Assembly: GCA_965207445.1 (NCBI GenBank)
Contig: CBDBLX010000002.1
Coordinates: 2,135,849-2,199,848, forward strand
DNA length: 64,000 bases
From: Nitrosopumilus sp.
Lineage (GTDB): Archaea; Thermoproteota; Nitrososphaeria; Nitrososphaerales; Nitrosopumilaceae
Reading direction: 5' to 3'
Both the position numbers and the translations under genes were made by a program. The notes beneath the pieces were generated by a model. It did not search any database, was not told the origin of the DNA, and was given only the letters and a program-made list of their open reading frames with translations. This document shows, in pieces, positions 29,501 through 39,012 of this stretch (positions within the stretch are counted from its first letter, which is position 1; every line of letters starts with the position of its first letter).

Positions 29501-31282
29501 TGCGACTCCTCGGATAACATAATCGTTGGTATCATTATAAATGTCGTATTTCATCTTGCCAGCAGATACTATCGTCGCAGAGCTTGATGTTCCATGACCT
29601 GAAAAATCAGTCATAACACCAAAGAATCGACCATCAGGATCTATTGCAGGCAACAATGTCCCGTTAACTGCTTGAATATTCTCAATATAGTGAGCAGTAG
29701 ACGTCATATTGGTGACAGAAAATACATCCAATACGCGTGCGCCTACCGTCCCTGCAGTATAATCAGTAATTCCATCATCATCAGAGTCATACACAAGAAA
29801 CTCATTTCCACTGCCAAGTATTATCGGCGTCTCATCTGTAAAGTCAAGATCAAAATTAGGAGTGGTACCAGGTTCGCTGACATAATCAAGCCACGAACTA
29901 CTCATATCGGGAATTATGGTGTCATAAACACCAGATGTAGTAGAATCTACTACCAACACTGGCACTACTTGGGCCTTGGGAGCACCATTCTCAGAACCTA
30001 ATCCGGCCAAGCTCATTTGAAATATAGCACCTAACCGATAATTACCACTTTGTGACTTTATGTAATCTTGACTGTTACTTCCTATCTTCATATCTTGATT
30101 TAGTACTCCTTCAAATATTGGTGCGTTCCCCACTGCAGGATACAAAGAGTTGTAAACTGATAATGTAGTCCCATTACCACCTTGGTATATATCAAGAAAT
30201 ACACCTTCGGATGATACATACACAACAGAGTCAAATTCTTCTGAGAGCTCACCATGATGGTTTCTGATAATACCATTTTGATCGATGTTTGCATAAAATG
30301 TACTATTAGTCAATACTATGCCTTGTCCATCAGGATCAAGCATAACAGGATGGTTAGTGATCGGATCTCTTGCAAGAGAGTGTTGAATATCAGGATTTGA
30401 AAAATCAACTCCCGTATCCACAATTGCAATTGTCACTCCTTTACCAGTGGCATTGTATTTAGTAGCATCATGATCGAGTCCCACTACAACAGGTATGTTA
30501 GTTGCATCCTTTGTTGAATCACGCTCATGTGCATATGGCTTTGATAAAGTATCATGTCCTCCTAAAAAGTATGAATTATCCACTCTGGAATTATCATTTG
30601 CAGTGATCATATTTTGGAAGCCACTAGCAACAAGATTATCATACATTGCATTATCACTAGAGTGAAAATCAAGGGGTACATCGGGAATAACCAAAAACCC
30701 ACTAGATGACAACTGTGCAGCAGATTCTGGAGACATAAATGCAAGTGAGTACAATCCACCATTGGGCAATGTTCCACTAGACGGACTTTGATGTGCGTGG
30801 GACGAACCAACATGAATGGGATTTGTACCAAACACCATATAGCGCTTTAGTGAATCTGTACTAACAGTATGAAAAATCTCAGAGTCAAAATCTATCAATG
30901 CAGTATCAAACATAGATTGTTTATAGTTACTAATACCATGACGTGTCATATACACATATGGCTCTTCAGTATATAGATTCCACGGTAATCCAAGTTGCGA
31001 TATATGAGTATTTGACATAGTGTATGGTGCATGATTTTTGTTATTGTTTGTATTATGTATGGTAGTAGAATTAAACGCAGGCGAATATATGGAAGAGGTA
31101 ATAGACATATCTGATTGTGCAAAAGCCCACGCATGACACGCAGTTGTCGTATCACATGCATCAATCAATATCACAGTATCAAATATAGTATAAAGAAAGA
31201 AGACAGATATTGCAAGCATGAATATTATCAAAAATACAACGAGGTAGTTGTGATCAATAGTGGACATACGGTACAGATACAT
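26597..31282 (-). CDS. Large membrane-anchored S8 (subtilisin-like) serine protease
   Basis: IVDTGVD, GHGT, SAGNSG, GTSMAAP; C-terminal TM; start uncertain. Confidence 0.93.
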   Translation of the reverse strand: MYLYRMSTIDHNYLVVFLIIFMLAISVFFLYTIFDTVILIDACDTTTACHAWAFAQSDMSITSSIYSPAFNSTTIHNTNNNKNHAPYTMSNTHISQLGLPWNLYTEEPYVYMTRHGISNYKQSMFDTALIDFDSEIFHTVSTDSLKRYMVFGTNPIHVGSSHAHQSPSSGTLPNGGLYSLAFMSPESAAQLSSSGFLVIPDVPLDFHSSDNAMYDNLVASGFQNMITANDNSRVDNSYFLGGHDTLSKPYAHERDSTKDATNIPVVVGLDHDATKYNATGKGVTIAIVDTGVDFSNPDIQHSLARDPITNHPVMLDPDGQGIVLTNSTFYANIDQNGIIRNHHGELSEEFDSVVYVSSEGVFLDIYQGGNGTTLSVYNSLYPAVGNAPIFEGVLNQDMKIGSNSQDYIKSQSGNYRLGAIFQMSLAGLGSENGAPKAQVVPVLVVDSTTSGVYDTIIPDMSSSWLDYVSEPGTTPNFDLDFTDETPIILGSGNEFLVYDSDDDGITDYTAGTVGARVLDVFSVTNMTSTAHYIENIQAVNGTLLPAIDPDGRFFGVMTDFSGHGTSSSATIVSAGKMKYDIYNDTNDYVIRGVAPDAKILPVKAIWLGDVVYGWLWSAGFENYNASWKFSGIPRADIISNSFGISTFPNVGSAPGYDILSLVLDMLVMPRSLDDDYPGVVMVASAGNSGHGYGTVSTPGVASFGISVGASTNNVFVGYGPFKDQPRFGVTSVENDSDDDNDNNNNNDNNNLDNVDIPHNGHPVDFTSRGPGVIGDVRPDVISMGAFGFVPQSMMGASQSADTRDPFTLYGGTSMAAPMVAGVSALIMSELTENLIDYDPFIVRNILMSTALDTHNDPFVQGAGLADAGTALEFVHGDGGVFVVYNEDSYQQIRKILQPAISSVNLTNTGIDAFELPDRNIPMTAWFAGHLESGDRSTVTFKVENPNSDAIRVDVTPQVMSLVHRTIYDGTTVPHQQDPILNDTNVYTPNYIRLSDVYSDNHLGGLLDDGDVPFLDNVSLLILDVNFAFSDFMNMSTDVYADDISIASLYLYDWIDANDDSEITSNELILVTRGGSWGTVQEIRVSDPATLFEGIPIVGIYPVPQRYSYWVGQNGMNATALDYTISAEYYTKKIWNDVLWPENKEILIGANDVGTVDITLVTTNDTEVGVHQGFIEFASDDHTVNVPVSFVVKTSIRAFDTGVSIKPVLSDVYDDVHMSDLSDTDTFSLGTIYHNSYTRGSFDMVGRYMAGDWRNYYFDVYDESIGIATVELSWQSPDTSMSIFAVDPTGKIIQTNVPSGVFGHFLDWPSIDWLGVTPFSEGGGFYPVSGDVENDYTSALITIPINGSGMYTIMTHTTLYGAESIIEPISMNVKFYRDISNISTSVTLDTNLLDRNIPSDNTILDDLGQNSGNLIDGAMIDHNVIDHNTIDNTLNPPIDKMFDNIVDNTADILLPPNTSQIDSEISIDGGTDNIVDNTADNTADNTADSVDSFADISETTPTQNSSDSTFGMGIVVGAVIGGIIAIVGSFIAFHRLKNNTTSEITPVYKTDVDYNRTQHTPV

Positions 31283-31481
31283 TACAATTGTATGACAATC
31301 ATGGCAATATAATTATCATCACAAAGCAAAATGATTCAACAAATTTGGCAATACAGGAGTGTTTAGACAATGTCTTAAAGAATACAATTGAGTCGCCATC
31401 GCATTAAAATATAATATATGATTGGTTAATGTTTTAGGCAAAGTATCATCAAATATTCAAACACCAAAATTACAAAAACGG

Positions 31482-32591
31482 TTATCTCCGCCTTGCCAAT
31501 ATGGCAATCTGAAGGGCAACTATAACCCCAATTGATGCGATAATTGGGAATAAAAGGGAGTTTAGTTGAGAAGATGCTTCGCTCACAAACGCTACTGATG
31601 TAGATATACTATCAGTACTGTGGTCGATCTTGGTACTTGCATCATCAAGTGTTGCATTAAATCCATATATTTCAGATTTTAAGATCTCCAGTTCACTTGA
31701 AGTCTCATTTAGTATAGAGTTCAATAATATTATTTGATCGGATATTCCACCTAAATCCTGACTCAATACATTTGTTGCAGCAGAACTATGTGATGTAGTG
31801 CCTTGACTAAATACTACCACGTGAAATACATGTGTACCTTCCTCAACAGGTACATACTCTACAAAATACAGACCCTGATGCAATGTCTCAAATGATTCTG
31901 AGAGGGGCACATATTTGCCAGATGGGAGATGCACATGAGTAGTCTCAAGTAATTCGGAAGGGTCGTTTCCTATCAATAATCCATCACTAGTTGTTTGTAC
32001 AAATACCCTAAATGGTTGATGTATTGCAGCAGTCTCAGGGGCAAATACAAGTATGTTAACATGGCGCTCTACAGGCACATCAAGCAGATCAGTAGTTGAT
32101 GTGAACCGTACATCAATAGCATAAGATGCACCTCTTTGAGTAGTACTCAGTATCTCAACTACATATGTGCCATATGAAAACGTAGGTGTAGGTTCAGGCC
32201 ATATTAACAGATCATGGTTAAAGGAGCCATCAGAATCAGTAGTAATTTGATCAAATTTTGCGATCGAGCCATCAGGTGCAAATAAACGAGCAATCAGAGT
32301 TTCTTCTGGAAGTGCACTCCCATATACTTGAAGTTTATGATCAGTAGCAAATACCTTGCCATTAGTATTGACATCTAGTTGAATATCATTAGGTAGTGCA
32401 TGTTGAGCATATGCATTATGAAAAGTCAAACTATTATCAACAAAAATAGAATCTGATGTAAAAACAGAATTTAATGTAGAGTCAAGATATTCAGGGGTGT
32501 AGGCGCATACGGTAAAAAGTATCAAAGTGCAAATAACTGTACATGAGATATACCGCATCCCAATGACATGATGTTGCATAATGATAGTCAC
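31482..32591 (-). CDS. Hypothetical exported protein with coiled coil and C-terminal TM anchor
   Basis: Hydrophobic leader, beta-rich middle, C-terminal TM followed by RRR; start uncertain. Confidence 0.8.
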   Translation of the reverse strand: MTIIMQHHVIGMRYISCTVICTLILFTVCAYTPEYLDSTLNSVFTSDSIFVDNSLTFHNAYAQHALPNDIQLDVNTNGKVFATDHKLQVYGSALPEETLIARLFAPDGSIAKFDQITTDSDGSFNHDLLIWPEPTPTFSYGTYVVEILSTTQRGASYAIDVRFTSTTDLLDVPVERHVNILVFAPETAAIHQPFRVFVQTTSDGLLIGNDPSELLETTHVHLPSGKYVPLSESFETLHQGLYFVEYVPVEEGTHVFHVVVFSQGTTSHSSAATNVLSQDLGGISDQIILLNSILNETSSELEILKSEIYGFNATLDDASTKIDHSTDSISTSVAFVSEASSQLNSLLFPIIASIGVIVALQIAILARRR

Positions 32592-32645
32592 GTTAAATGC
32601 CTTATAGATATTGTTTCTTGATTGTTAAATAGAAAATGGTTTGCA

Positions 32646-32828
32646 TTAACGTTTACGTCTTCTCTGTCCAGGCTTGTTTTGGCCAGGAAACCTTCCAAGT
32701 ATAAATCGCTTTTTAAAGTTGCTCTTGTTGCGCAAACTAGAGTTTGTGCCTACAATCTTACGACCCTCAACTTTGGGTGTTTGACCTCTGACTTTACCTG
32801 CTTTAGTAAGCGAACCGTGAGTTGCCAT
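32646..32828 (-). CDS. rps30e: 30S ribosomal protein S30e
   Basis: HGSLTKAGKVRGQTPKV. Confidence 0.96.
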   Translation of the reverse strand: MATHGSLTKAGKVRGQTPKVEGRKIVGTNSSLRNKSNFKKRFILGRFPGQNKPGQRRRKR

Positions 32829-32900
32829 AATAATATGATAATTGTTATCAATTTATGTATTTGTATTTTCAATTTTTTTACTAGTGGTTGTATAACACAT

Positions 32901-33133
32901 CATTATACATCATTGTATATCATTATACATCATTGTATATCATTATACATCATTGTATATCATTATACATCATTGTATATCATTATACATCATTGTATAT
33001 CATTATACATCATTGTATATCATTATACATCATTGTATATCATCATACATCATTGTATATCATTATACATCATTGTATATCATTATACATCATTGTATAT
33101 CATTATACATCATTGTATATCATTATACATCAT
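32901..33133. repeat. Tandem repeat, ~11.5 x CATTATACATCATTGTATAT
   Basis: Directly visible; one variant unit at 33041. Confidence 0.97.
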
Positions 33134-33208
33134 CAAACCAAATTAAATGACCTAAAAGTACACATAAATTTAAGATCGTATATAGTCTAAAACCACAAAA
33201 TGAGACAA

Positions 33209-34933
33209 TTACCAATACTGTGCCTTTATCTTTTCAATTACACGCTCGTGCTCACTACTCTTTTTGCGCGCATACCTCTCCATAGCACCCAATGGTACGC
33301 CACCAAGTGACCTTGCAAGCATGTTGAAAAAGTATCTCTGTGGTCCTGCAGAACCAGTCTTGTTCATGAACTTTTGTATACCGTACTTGAAGTTATGCTG
33401 CCATGTCTTGTACAAGACACCCAACTGTGCAGGTAACATCTCGTTTCCAATATTAAAAAAGTCAGACTTTTCAAGCAAACCTATCGGGACAAATGTAAGA
33501 GCAGTAGTTGTGAACATAGAGTGAGGTTGTTCGTGCTCAAGTTCACACAACAACTCTATAGTCTCCCACGAATCTTCAGGAGTTTCATCATTATCCAATC
33601 CCATTATCAAAGTAAATGCAGGAACCCAATAGTGTTCGTTGAGTGTCTTTACACCCTCCTTTACAACCCAGTGCCATTCTGATGGTGAATATGGAGCAAG
33701 TTTTCTGTCAGCATACTTGTCGATCAGTCGTAGGCTACCAGTCTCAAAGCCAGCTTGAACACCAATCATGTTATCAGGACCTGCTTTGATAATTTTTGAG
33801 AGATTTGGAATAAGTCGCTCATCTGCAATAGCTCCTGCAAGTGTACCATGTGTTGGGTTTGTGTGTGGAACACCAGTTGACATTACAGCAGTGAATAACT
33901 CTTCTAGAGCCTCGCGGTTAGGTTCCATTCCCTTTGCGGTACGAGGATCCATTCCATACACAAATATATCATCACTATGAATCCATGCGGAGTTTGCATT
34001 TCCTTTTTTCATGTTAATCTCGATCTCTTTTTTGACTTTTTCAGGAGGGTAATACCGCAATGATCTCAAAGTAACATCACAGAATTTACACCCACGTCCA
34101 CAACCACGCATTACCTCTACCATACCATGCATACTAGGCTCCACTATGTCAGGTATCTCATCAATATCAGGCCTGTCCCAAAAATTCACAAATCTACCAT
34201 AGAGTTTTTTACCATTTCGCTCAAATTCTTTTATATTCACTTTAAAGTCACTACGTTTTCTAAAAGGATCCATATTCTCAAATTCATCATTTAGTAAATA
34301 GTTAAAAAAGCGACCCGCATGTCCATCAATCTCAGGTGCAATACCGCCAAGTTCGCCTTCCAATATTGCATATATTCCAAACTCTTCAATCTTTTCAGGA
34401 TCATAGTTATACTGCCATGTACCAGATGCTCCAGAGATCACCTTTGCTTTTGAACCGGTCTTTTCTTTTGCAATCTTTATGCGTTGATGCAGCTCTGCAT
34501 TATAATACTCATCATAAGAAGTCTGTTTGCGTCCATATGTGAACGTCATCGTGACAGGTCCCATACCAAGAGGATCCATCTCATATGTGCCAATTGCAAG
34601 AGTCTCAGGTCCAATAAACTTTTCTATATGATCAGGATGTGCCACAACAACATCTTCTCTTGCAAAACCATCCCTGAGTAGTCCTGCCTCTAGTTTTCTG
34701 AGTCCATATGGTGCATAATCAGCAACACCATTTGTATGAGATATGTAATTGCATATAAAATCAAATAGTATCTTTGGAGTTACTTGTCTTCCCATTATCT
34801 TGTATAACAGACTTTTTTTGTCTCTGTGTGGGTCCAATGCAGGCGCACAGCCAAAAAAAGAGGCAAGTGATAATCCCCTATATGGAGACATCAAGGTACG
34901 ATCCGCTGTGAGTACTATCTTTGGAGTAGGCAT
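33209..34933 (-). CDS. Radical SAM protein
   Basis: VEVMRGCGRGCKFC (CxxxCxxC), APYGLRKLEA, GFETGS. Confidence 0.9.
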   Translation of the reverse strand: MPTPKIVLTADRTLMSPYRGLSLASFFGCAPALDPHRDKKSLLYKIMGRQVTPKILFDFICNYISHTNGVADYAPYGLRKLEAGLLRDGFAREDVVVAHPDHIEKFIGPETLAIGTYEMDPLGMGPVTMTFTYGRKQTSYDEYYNAELHQRIKIAKEKTGSKAKVISGASGTWQYNYDPEKIEEFGIYAILEGELGGIAPEIDGHAGRFFNYLLNDEFENMDPFRKRSDFKVNIKEFERNGKKLYGRFVNFWDRPDIDEIPDIVEPSMHGMVEVMRGCGRGCKFCDVTLRSLRYYPPEKVKKEIEINMKKGNANSAWIHSDDIFVYGMDPRTAKGMEPNREALEELFTAVMSTGVPHTNPTHGTLAGAIADERLIPNLSKIIKAGPDNMIGVQAGFETGSLRLIDKYADRKLAPYSPSEWHWVVKEGVKTLNEHYWVPAFTLIMGLDNDETPEDSWETIELLCELEHEQPHSMFTTTALTFVPIGLLEKSDFFNIGNEMLPAQLGVLYKTWQHNFKYGIQKFMNKTGSAGPQRYFFNMLARSLGGVPLGAMERYARKKSSEHERVIEKIKAQYW

Positions 34934-35088
34934 ATTTTAGTTTTATAGCCCAAATTATTGATTTTAAACCTTGCTTATTTGCCAATTTAGAGGACATTAT
35001 AGCAATCAGACCCCAAATCTAGGCATGATTTTCTCAGTTGACACTAAAGACACAAACCTAATGTTTGTAAGAAATGCCAAATATGAGA

Positions 35089-35913
35089 TTACCAGTTTTT
35101 TACAACACCAGATTTATCTCTGTATGTGTTCCCAAACTCAGGATTTGTAAGTAGGTAGGATGCATCAAATACAGTACCATCACGACACACTATATCAGAA
35201 CCGGCAACACAGCTCCCACACAAACCAACACCACACTTCATCATACGCTCAAGGCTAGCTTGCGCAAACACACCGTTTTGATGTGCAGTGTACATTATCT
35301 TATACATCATAATTTCAGGCCCACATGTATACACAGCATCAAAATGTTCACTAGATTTCAGAAATGCATCATCAACCACATCAGTTACTCTTCCTCGTAT
35401 ACCATATGAGCCATCATCAGTAGATATCACAATACGACTATTCTCAGGATGTTTTGATAGCATATCAGATGCAATATCATCAAAGAATATCTCAGATTTT
35501 GTTTGAGAGCCCATCATCAGTGTAATCTGATTTTTTGGATCAGAGTAAGACAAGAGTCGCATCAAAGGTACAAGTCCTGTACCACCTCCAACTAAAAGTA
35601 GATGGCCATTGCGTACATCAAAAGATCTACCATATGGACCACGAACTGCGATCTGCTCACCTTTTTTCACATTATACAATGCAGTAGATGCAGGGCCATG
35701 TCGTCTCACTGTAAATGCAGGACGTCCATCTCGCGCAATCATAACACTCATTGGCAGTTCATATGCCCTCGGCACCCATACCATTGCAAACTGGCCTGGT
35801 AGGGCATCTTGCATATAATCATCAGAGAACACTAGTGTCCGTACAGTTGGAGTCTCATCTATTACATCCTCTATAGTCACTACAAATGGATGATTATGGA
35901 TATTACCTGACAA
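35089..35913 (-). CDS. pyrK: Dihydroorotate dehydrogenase electron transfer subunit
   Basis: PGQFAMVW, RGPYG, GGGTG, CGPE, CGVGLCGSC; probable TTG start. Confidence 0.92.
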   Translation of the reverse strand: MSGNIHNHPFVVTIEDVIDETPTVRTLVFSDDYMQDALPGQFAMVWVPRAYELPMSVMIARDGRPAFTVRRHGPASTALYNVKKGEQIAVRGPYGRSFDVRNGHLLLVGGGTGLVPLMRLLSYSDPKNQITLMMGSQTKSEIFFDDIASDMLSKHPENSRIVISTDDGSYGIRGRVTDVVDDAFLKSSEHFDAVYTCGPEIMMYKIMYTAHQNGVFAQASLERMMKCGVGLCGSCVAGSDIVCRDGTVFDASYLLTNPEFGNTYRDKSGVVKNW

Positions 35914-36946
35914 TGCCAACCATCTCCCCAATACTGGATATTTCCTTGCGCTTCATATATGATATTATTCCATTATTTATCTCATTGAACAGTGAGATGT
36001 TAATCGAGTTGTCACTACTATTATGGCGGCCATGACTACCATCAGCATTACCAATACCATTACCAATACCATTACCAATACCATTACCAATACCATTACC
36101 ATGATTACCAATACCAGAACCTGCATTACCAGACGTATAACCAAGTGCACTTCCAACCTGCACAGCAGAAGCACCTGCTAGTATGAACTCTACTGCATCC
36201 TCCCATGTAGACACTCCACCACACCCAATTATTGGAACATCATATTTAACTGCAATCTCAAATACACATCGCAGTGCAACAGGTTTGATTGGAGTCCCCG
36301 ACAATCCTCCAAACGTGTGACTCAAAATAGGAATCTGCATCTCTGCATTTATTGCAATGGCACGTATTGTGTTTATAGCAGTAATAGCATCTACACCTGC
36401 ATCAATAGACGCACGTACAGTATCAAGATAATTAGACGATCCCAATCCGACCTTTACTATCACGGGAGTCTTAGGAGATGCTCTTTTTGTGGCACGAACT
36501 ATCTGAGCTACTAATTCAGGATCATCACCCACCTCAAGTCCTACCTTTTCAACATGAGGACAAGACATGTTAAGCTCATATGCAGTTATTGCACAATCAG
36601 AGAACTCAGATATCATGTCCTCAAATTCTGTAGGAGTAGATCCTACTAAACTCACAATGATTGGTACATCATTGTGACTAGTTTTGATCATGGATGCAAA
36701 GTTTCGTGCTCCAGGATTTGACAAGCCTACTGCATTTATCCATCCATTTGATTCAAGGGGTATGACTGTTGGATTCGGATACCCTTGCCACGGCTCACGA
36801 CTCAAAGACTTTGATACTACAGCACCTGCACCTGCATTGTATAATCGCTCAAACACATCCAAGGAAATTCCCAATATTCCAGATGCAAGCATGGTAGGTC
36901 TCTTTAGTTTTATTGGTCCTATTGTAGTTTTTAAAATATCATCCAC
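35903..36946 (-). CDS. pyrD: Dihydroorotate dehydrogenase catalytic subunit with G/N-rich insert
   Basis: ASG, INAVGLSNPG, LNMSCPH, AINT, GGLSG, GASAVQVGS; probable GTG start. Confidence 0.93.
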   Translation of the reverse strand: MDDILKTTIGPIKLKRPTMLASGILGISLDVFERLYNAGAGAVVSKSLSREPWQGYPNPTVIPLESNGWINAVGLSNPGARNFASMIKTSHNDVPIIVSLVGSTPTEFEDMISEFSDCAITAYELNMSCPHVEKVGLEVGDDPELVAQIVRATKRASPKTPVIVKVGLGSSNYLDTVRASIDAGVDAITAINTIRAIAINAEMQIPILSHTFGGLSGTPIKPVALRCVFEIAVKYDVPIIGCGGVSTWEDAVEFILAGASAVQVGSALGYTSGNAGSGIGNHGNGIGNGIGNGIGNGIGNADGSHGRHNSSDNSINISLFNEINNGIISYMKRKEISSIGEMVGIVR

Positions 36947-37020
36947 AATTATATGAAAAAGTTGTTGTGATATAATAGTAATTAATTTTGTAACTATTTT
37001 GCTTTTTAAAGTGCACGCAT

Positions 37021-37864
37021 GTAACCGTTCAACCTCCTTTTTGCTCCCGTGCACAACATCTGCACCCGTGTGCATTTAACACAGTCAAAAATAGTCGGCG
37101 ATCGGTCTTTTGAGTTTGTACAGACAAACTTTTGTGAAATAGATTGGTATAAATTTTTGGTATGGTGTCATCGTAACCGTTCAACCCTTTCCCAAATTTA
37201 GGCACAAATTCACCGCCTAACGTCTGGCGCAGGTACGGGGGTTGAACGGTTACGGTGTCATCGTAACTGTTCGTTATTTGACATTCCAATCGTGGTGGAC
37301 GGATACGCCGCATACAACAAATTCAAAACCAAACAGCGCTACCACTGGGCGCATGTTTTGCGCGATGCCGAACTGCTGGCAGACCATGCATGGCGGCAAT
37401 CTCGTAGAATTGCACAGAAAACTCCAGCACATATTTCATGAGGCCAAACAGCTACTACCAGACACCACAGATCAATAACAACAACAACTGCAAGACAACT
37501 GGATAGATGTCGTCATGGCAATTGCAGGCACATATACAGAACTAGGAACACTCGTTTGGTGGCAAACCACATAATGCGACGCTAGACCTGTTTGCATTTG
37601 TCAAATATCCGGTCATACCACCTACCAACAACAAATCCGAACGAACACTGCGGTGGCGCGTCGTGATTCACAAAAAGATTCGTCAGATGTTTCAGTGCAA
37701 CAGGAATGGAAGTTTATGGCATATTGATGACACTGTATGATCAGGGCAAGGATCTTGTAAAGAATATCCATGACACCATCATGGCAAGCTAAATCATTCA
37801 CCAAACTTCATCGCATAGCGGCAGATGTGTGTTGAGGTGTACAGGTAGGGGGTTTAACTGTTAC
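37021..37864 (+). pseudogene. IS66-family relic (TnpC C-terminal fragments)
   Basis: Hand translation VVDGYAAY..QR..WAHVLRDA and PPTNNKSERTLR; ends GTAACCGTTCAACC / GGTTTAACTGTTAC. Confidence 0.8.
37173..37253. mobile_element. 81-bp IS66-type miniature element
   Basis: GTAACCGTTCAACCC/GGGTTGAACGGTTAC; GGTGTCATC duplicated at 37164-37172 and 37254-37262. Confidence 0.88.
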
Positions 37865-38090
37865 CTTCATCTTAGCATGTTGCATAATTCGTAAATTTAT
37901 ACTCCTCTGGAGTCGTGGCCATGTGATCTGAGCCGCGCAACCTACGTTACACGATTCGAAGCCATTTAAATGCCCTGCGAAAGGCATTACCACATACAAG
38001 CCAACCCTCATGTAAAATACAAACTTTTATTTTAAAACCAACTTGAATTCTTACCCAAACCTTTAAAAGTCTCATATGTTTACATATCAT

Positions 38091-38207
38091 ATGGATATAG
38101 AATCATTCAAGAATGAATTAATCAGTATACGCGATGCACTTGACACCACAAAACCACTTACAGATGAAGAAGCAGCAGACCTTGCTGAACGCATTGCAAA
38201 TTTATAG
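38091..38207 (+). CDS. Small acidic helical protein, 38 aa
   Basis: MDIESFKNELISIRDALDTTKPLTDEEAADLAERIANL; TTTAAAAG box at 38062-38069. Confidence 0.6.
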   Translation: MDIESFKNELISIRDALDTTKPLTDEEAADLAERIANL

Positions 38208-38215
38208 TGGTCTAA

Positions 38216-38381
38216 ATGAATGTTACCGAAGCCAAAACAGAATTAGAGTATTATTTAAATGAATTAAAAAAATTCTGGGAGTTATCTTATAGGTGGGTCA
38301 TCTCCCAACCCAAAAATAGTGGAATATCTCAATCGTATTATTGAACTAATTGATGAATGGGGTGTGGTGTTATTCCAATGA
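38216..38381 (+). pseudogene. Small helical protein (~54 aa) frameshifted at an A7 run
   Basis: Removing one A at 38266-38272 gives MNVTEAKTELEYYLNELKNSGS..IVEYLNRIIELIDEWGVVLFQ, whose stop overlaps the next ATG (ATGA). Confidence 0.55.
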
Positions 38382-38764
38382 TTGTAAAGTATGTCGATCT
38401 AACATCTTTATGTATAATAACAAGTATTCTTATACTAAGCTATACAGATACCGAACTTTATGAAATATATGCATTTGTAAGCATCTCAACTTTGGGTGCA
38501 TGGGCATTTTGCATGGTTATGACAGGTGCACCTGCTCGTTGGGGTTCAATAATGTCAAATAAATTGGCCTTGGTTGGTTTAACAATTTATAATATTTTAC
38601 TCGCCTTTATTAGTATTGGTGGAATCATACCTGTTTTAGGAATGCAATTTTATGATATTATCCCACTAGTTATAGGAGCAAATATTAGCGTGTTTCGTGT
38701 ACTAGTGCCAATGTGTGTATTATTAGTAAATAAAATACATAAGACAAAGATATTAAATATTTAA
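38378..38764 (+). CDS. Hypothetical multi-pass membrane protein
   Basis: 128 aa, ~4 hydrophobic segments, basic C-terminus. Confidence 0.65.
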   Translation: MIVKYVDLTSLCIITSILILSYTDTELYEIYAFVSISTLGAWAFCMVMTGAPARWGSIMSNKLALVGLTIYNILLAFISIGGIIPVLGMQFYDIIPLVIGANISVFRVLVPMCVLLVNKIHKTKILNI

Positions 38765-39012
38765 GATTTTATAAACGCCACAAGCAGGCCGTGCTTCCAA
38801 GCCTACAAAGTGTACGCGCAAAACATGGTGTGGTAGACGCCTTGGTATTTTATGAGTACATACGCATATCTCCATATTCGTATTTAATCTATACAATGAA
38901 GCCTGCTGAATCATATTGCAACGGTGTCGTCCTACAGGATGCGCATCGAGTTATGCAACACGCTACTTCATCTTTTATAAAATTTTATATATATTTTTGA
39001 CTACCGATAAGT

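Larger units (their letters stand above)
37873..38965 (+). mobile_element. Transposase-less passenger cassette, 1093 bp
   Basis: IR TAGCATGTTGCATAATTCG / CGAGTTATGCAACACGCTA; TSD CTTCATCT at 37865-37872 and 38966-38973. Confidence 0.88.

Noticed and set aside
32901..33133. Possible CRISPR array
   Set aside because: Units are contiguous with no spacers, and no cas genes are in the window.
32622..33190. Three overlapping ORFs with HYTSLYIIIHHCISLYIIVY repeats
   Set aside because: They arise because the 20-bp repeat has no + strand stop codon; one is also antisense to rps30e.
36947..37075. N-terminal extension of PyrD in the ORF track
   Set aside because: It runs into transposon termini; PyrD-like sequence starts near GTG 36946.
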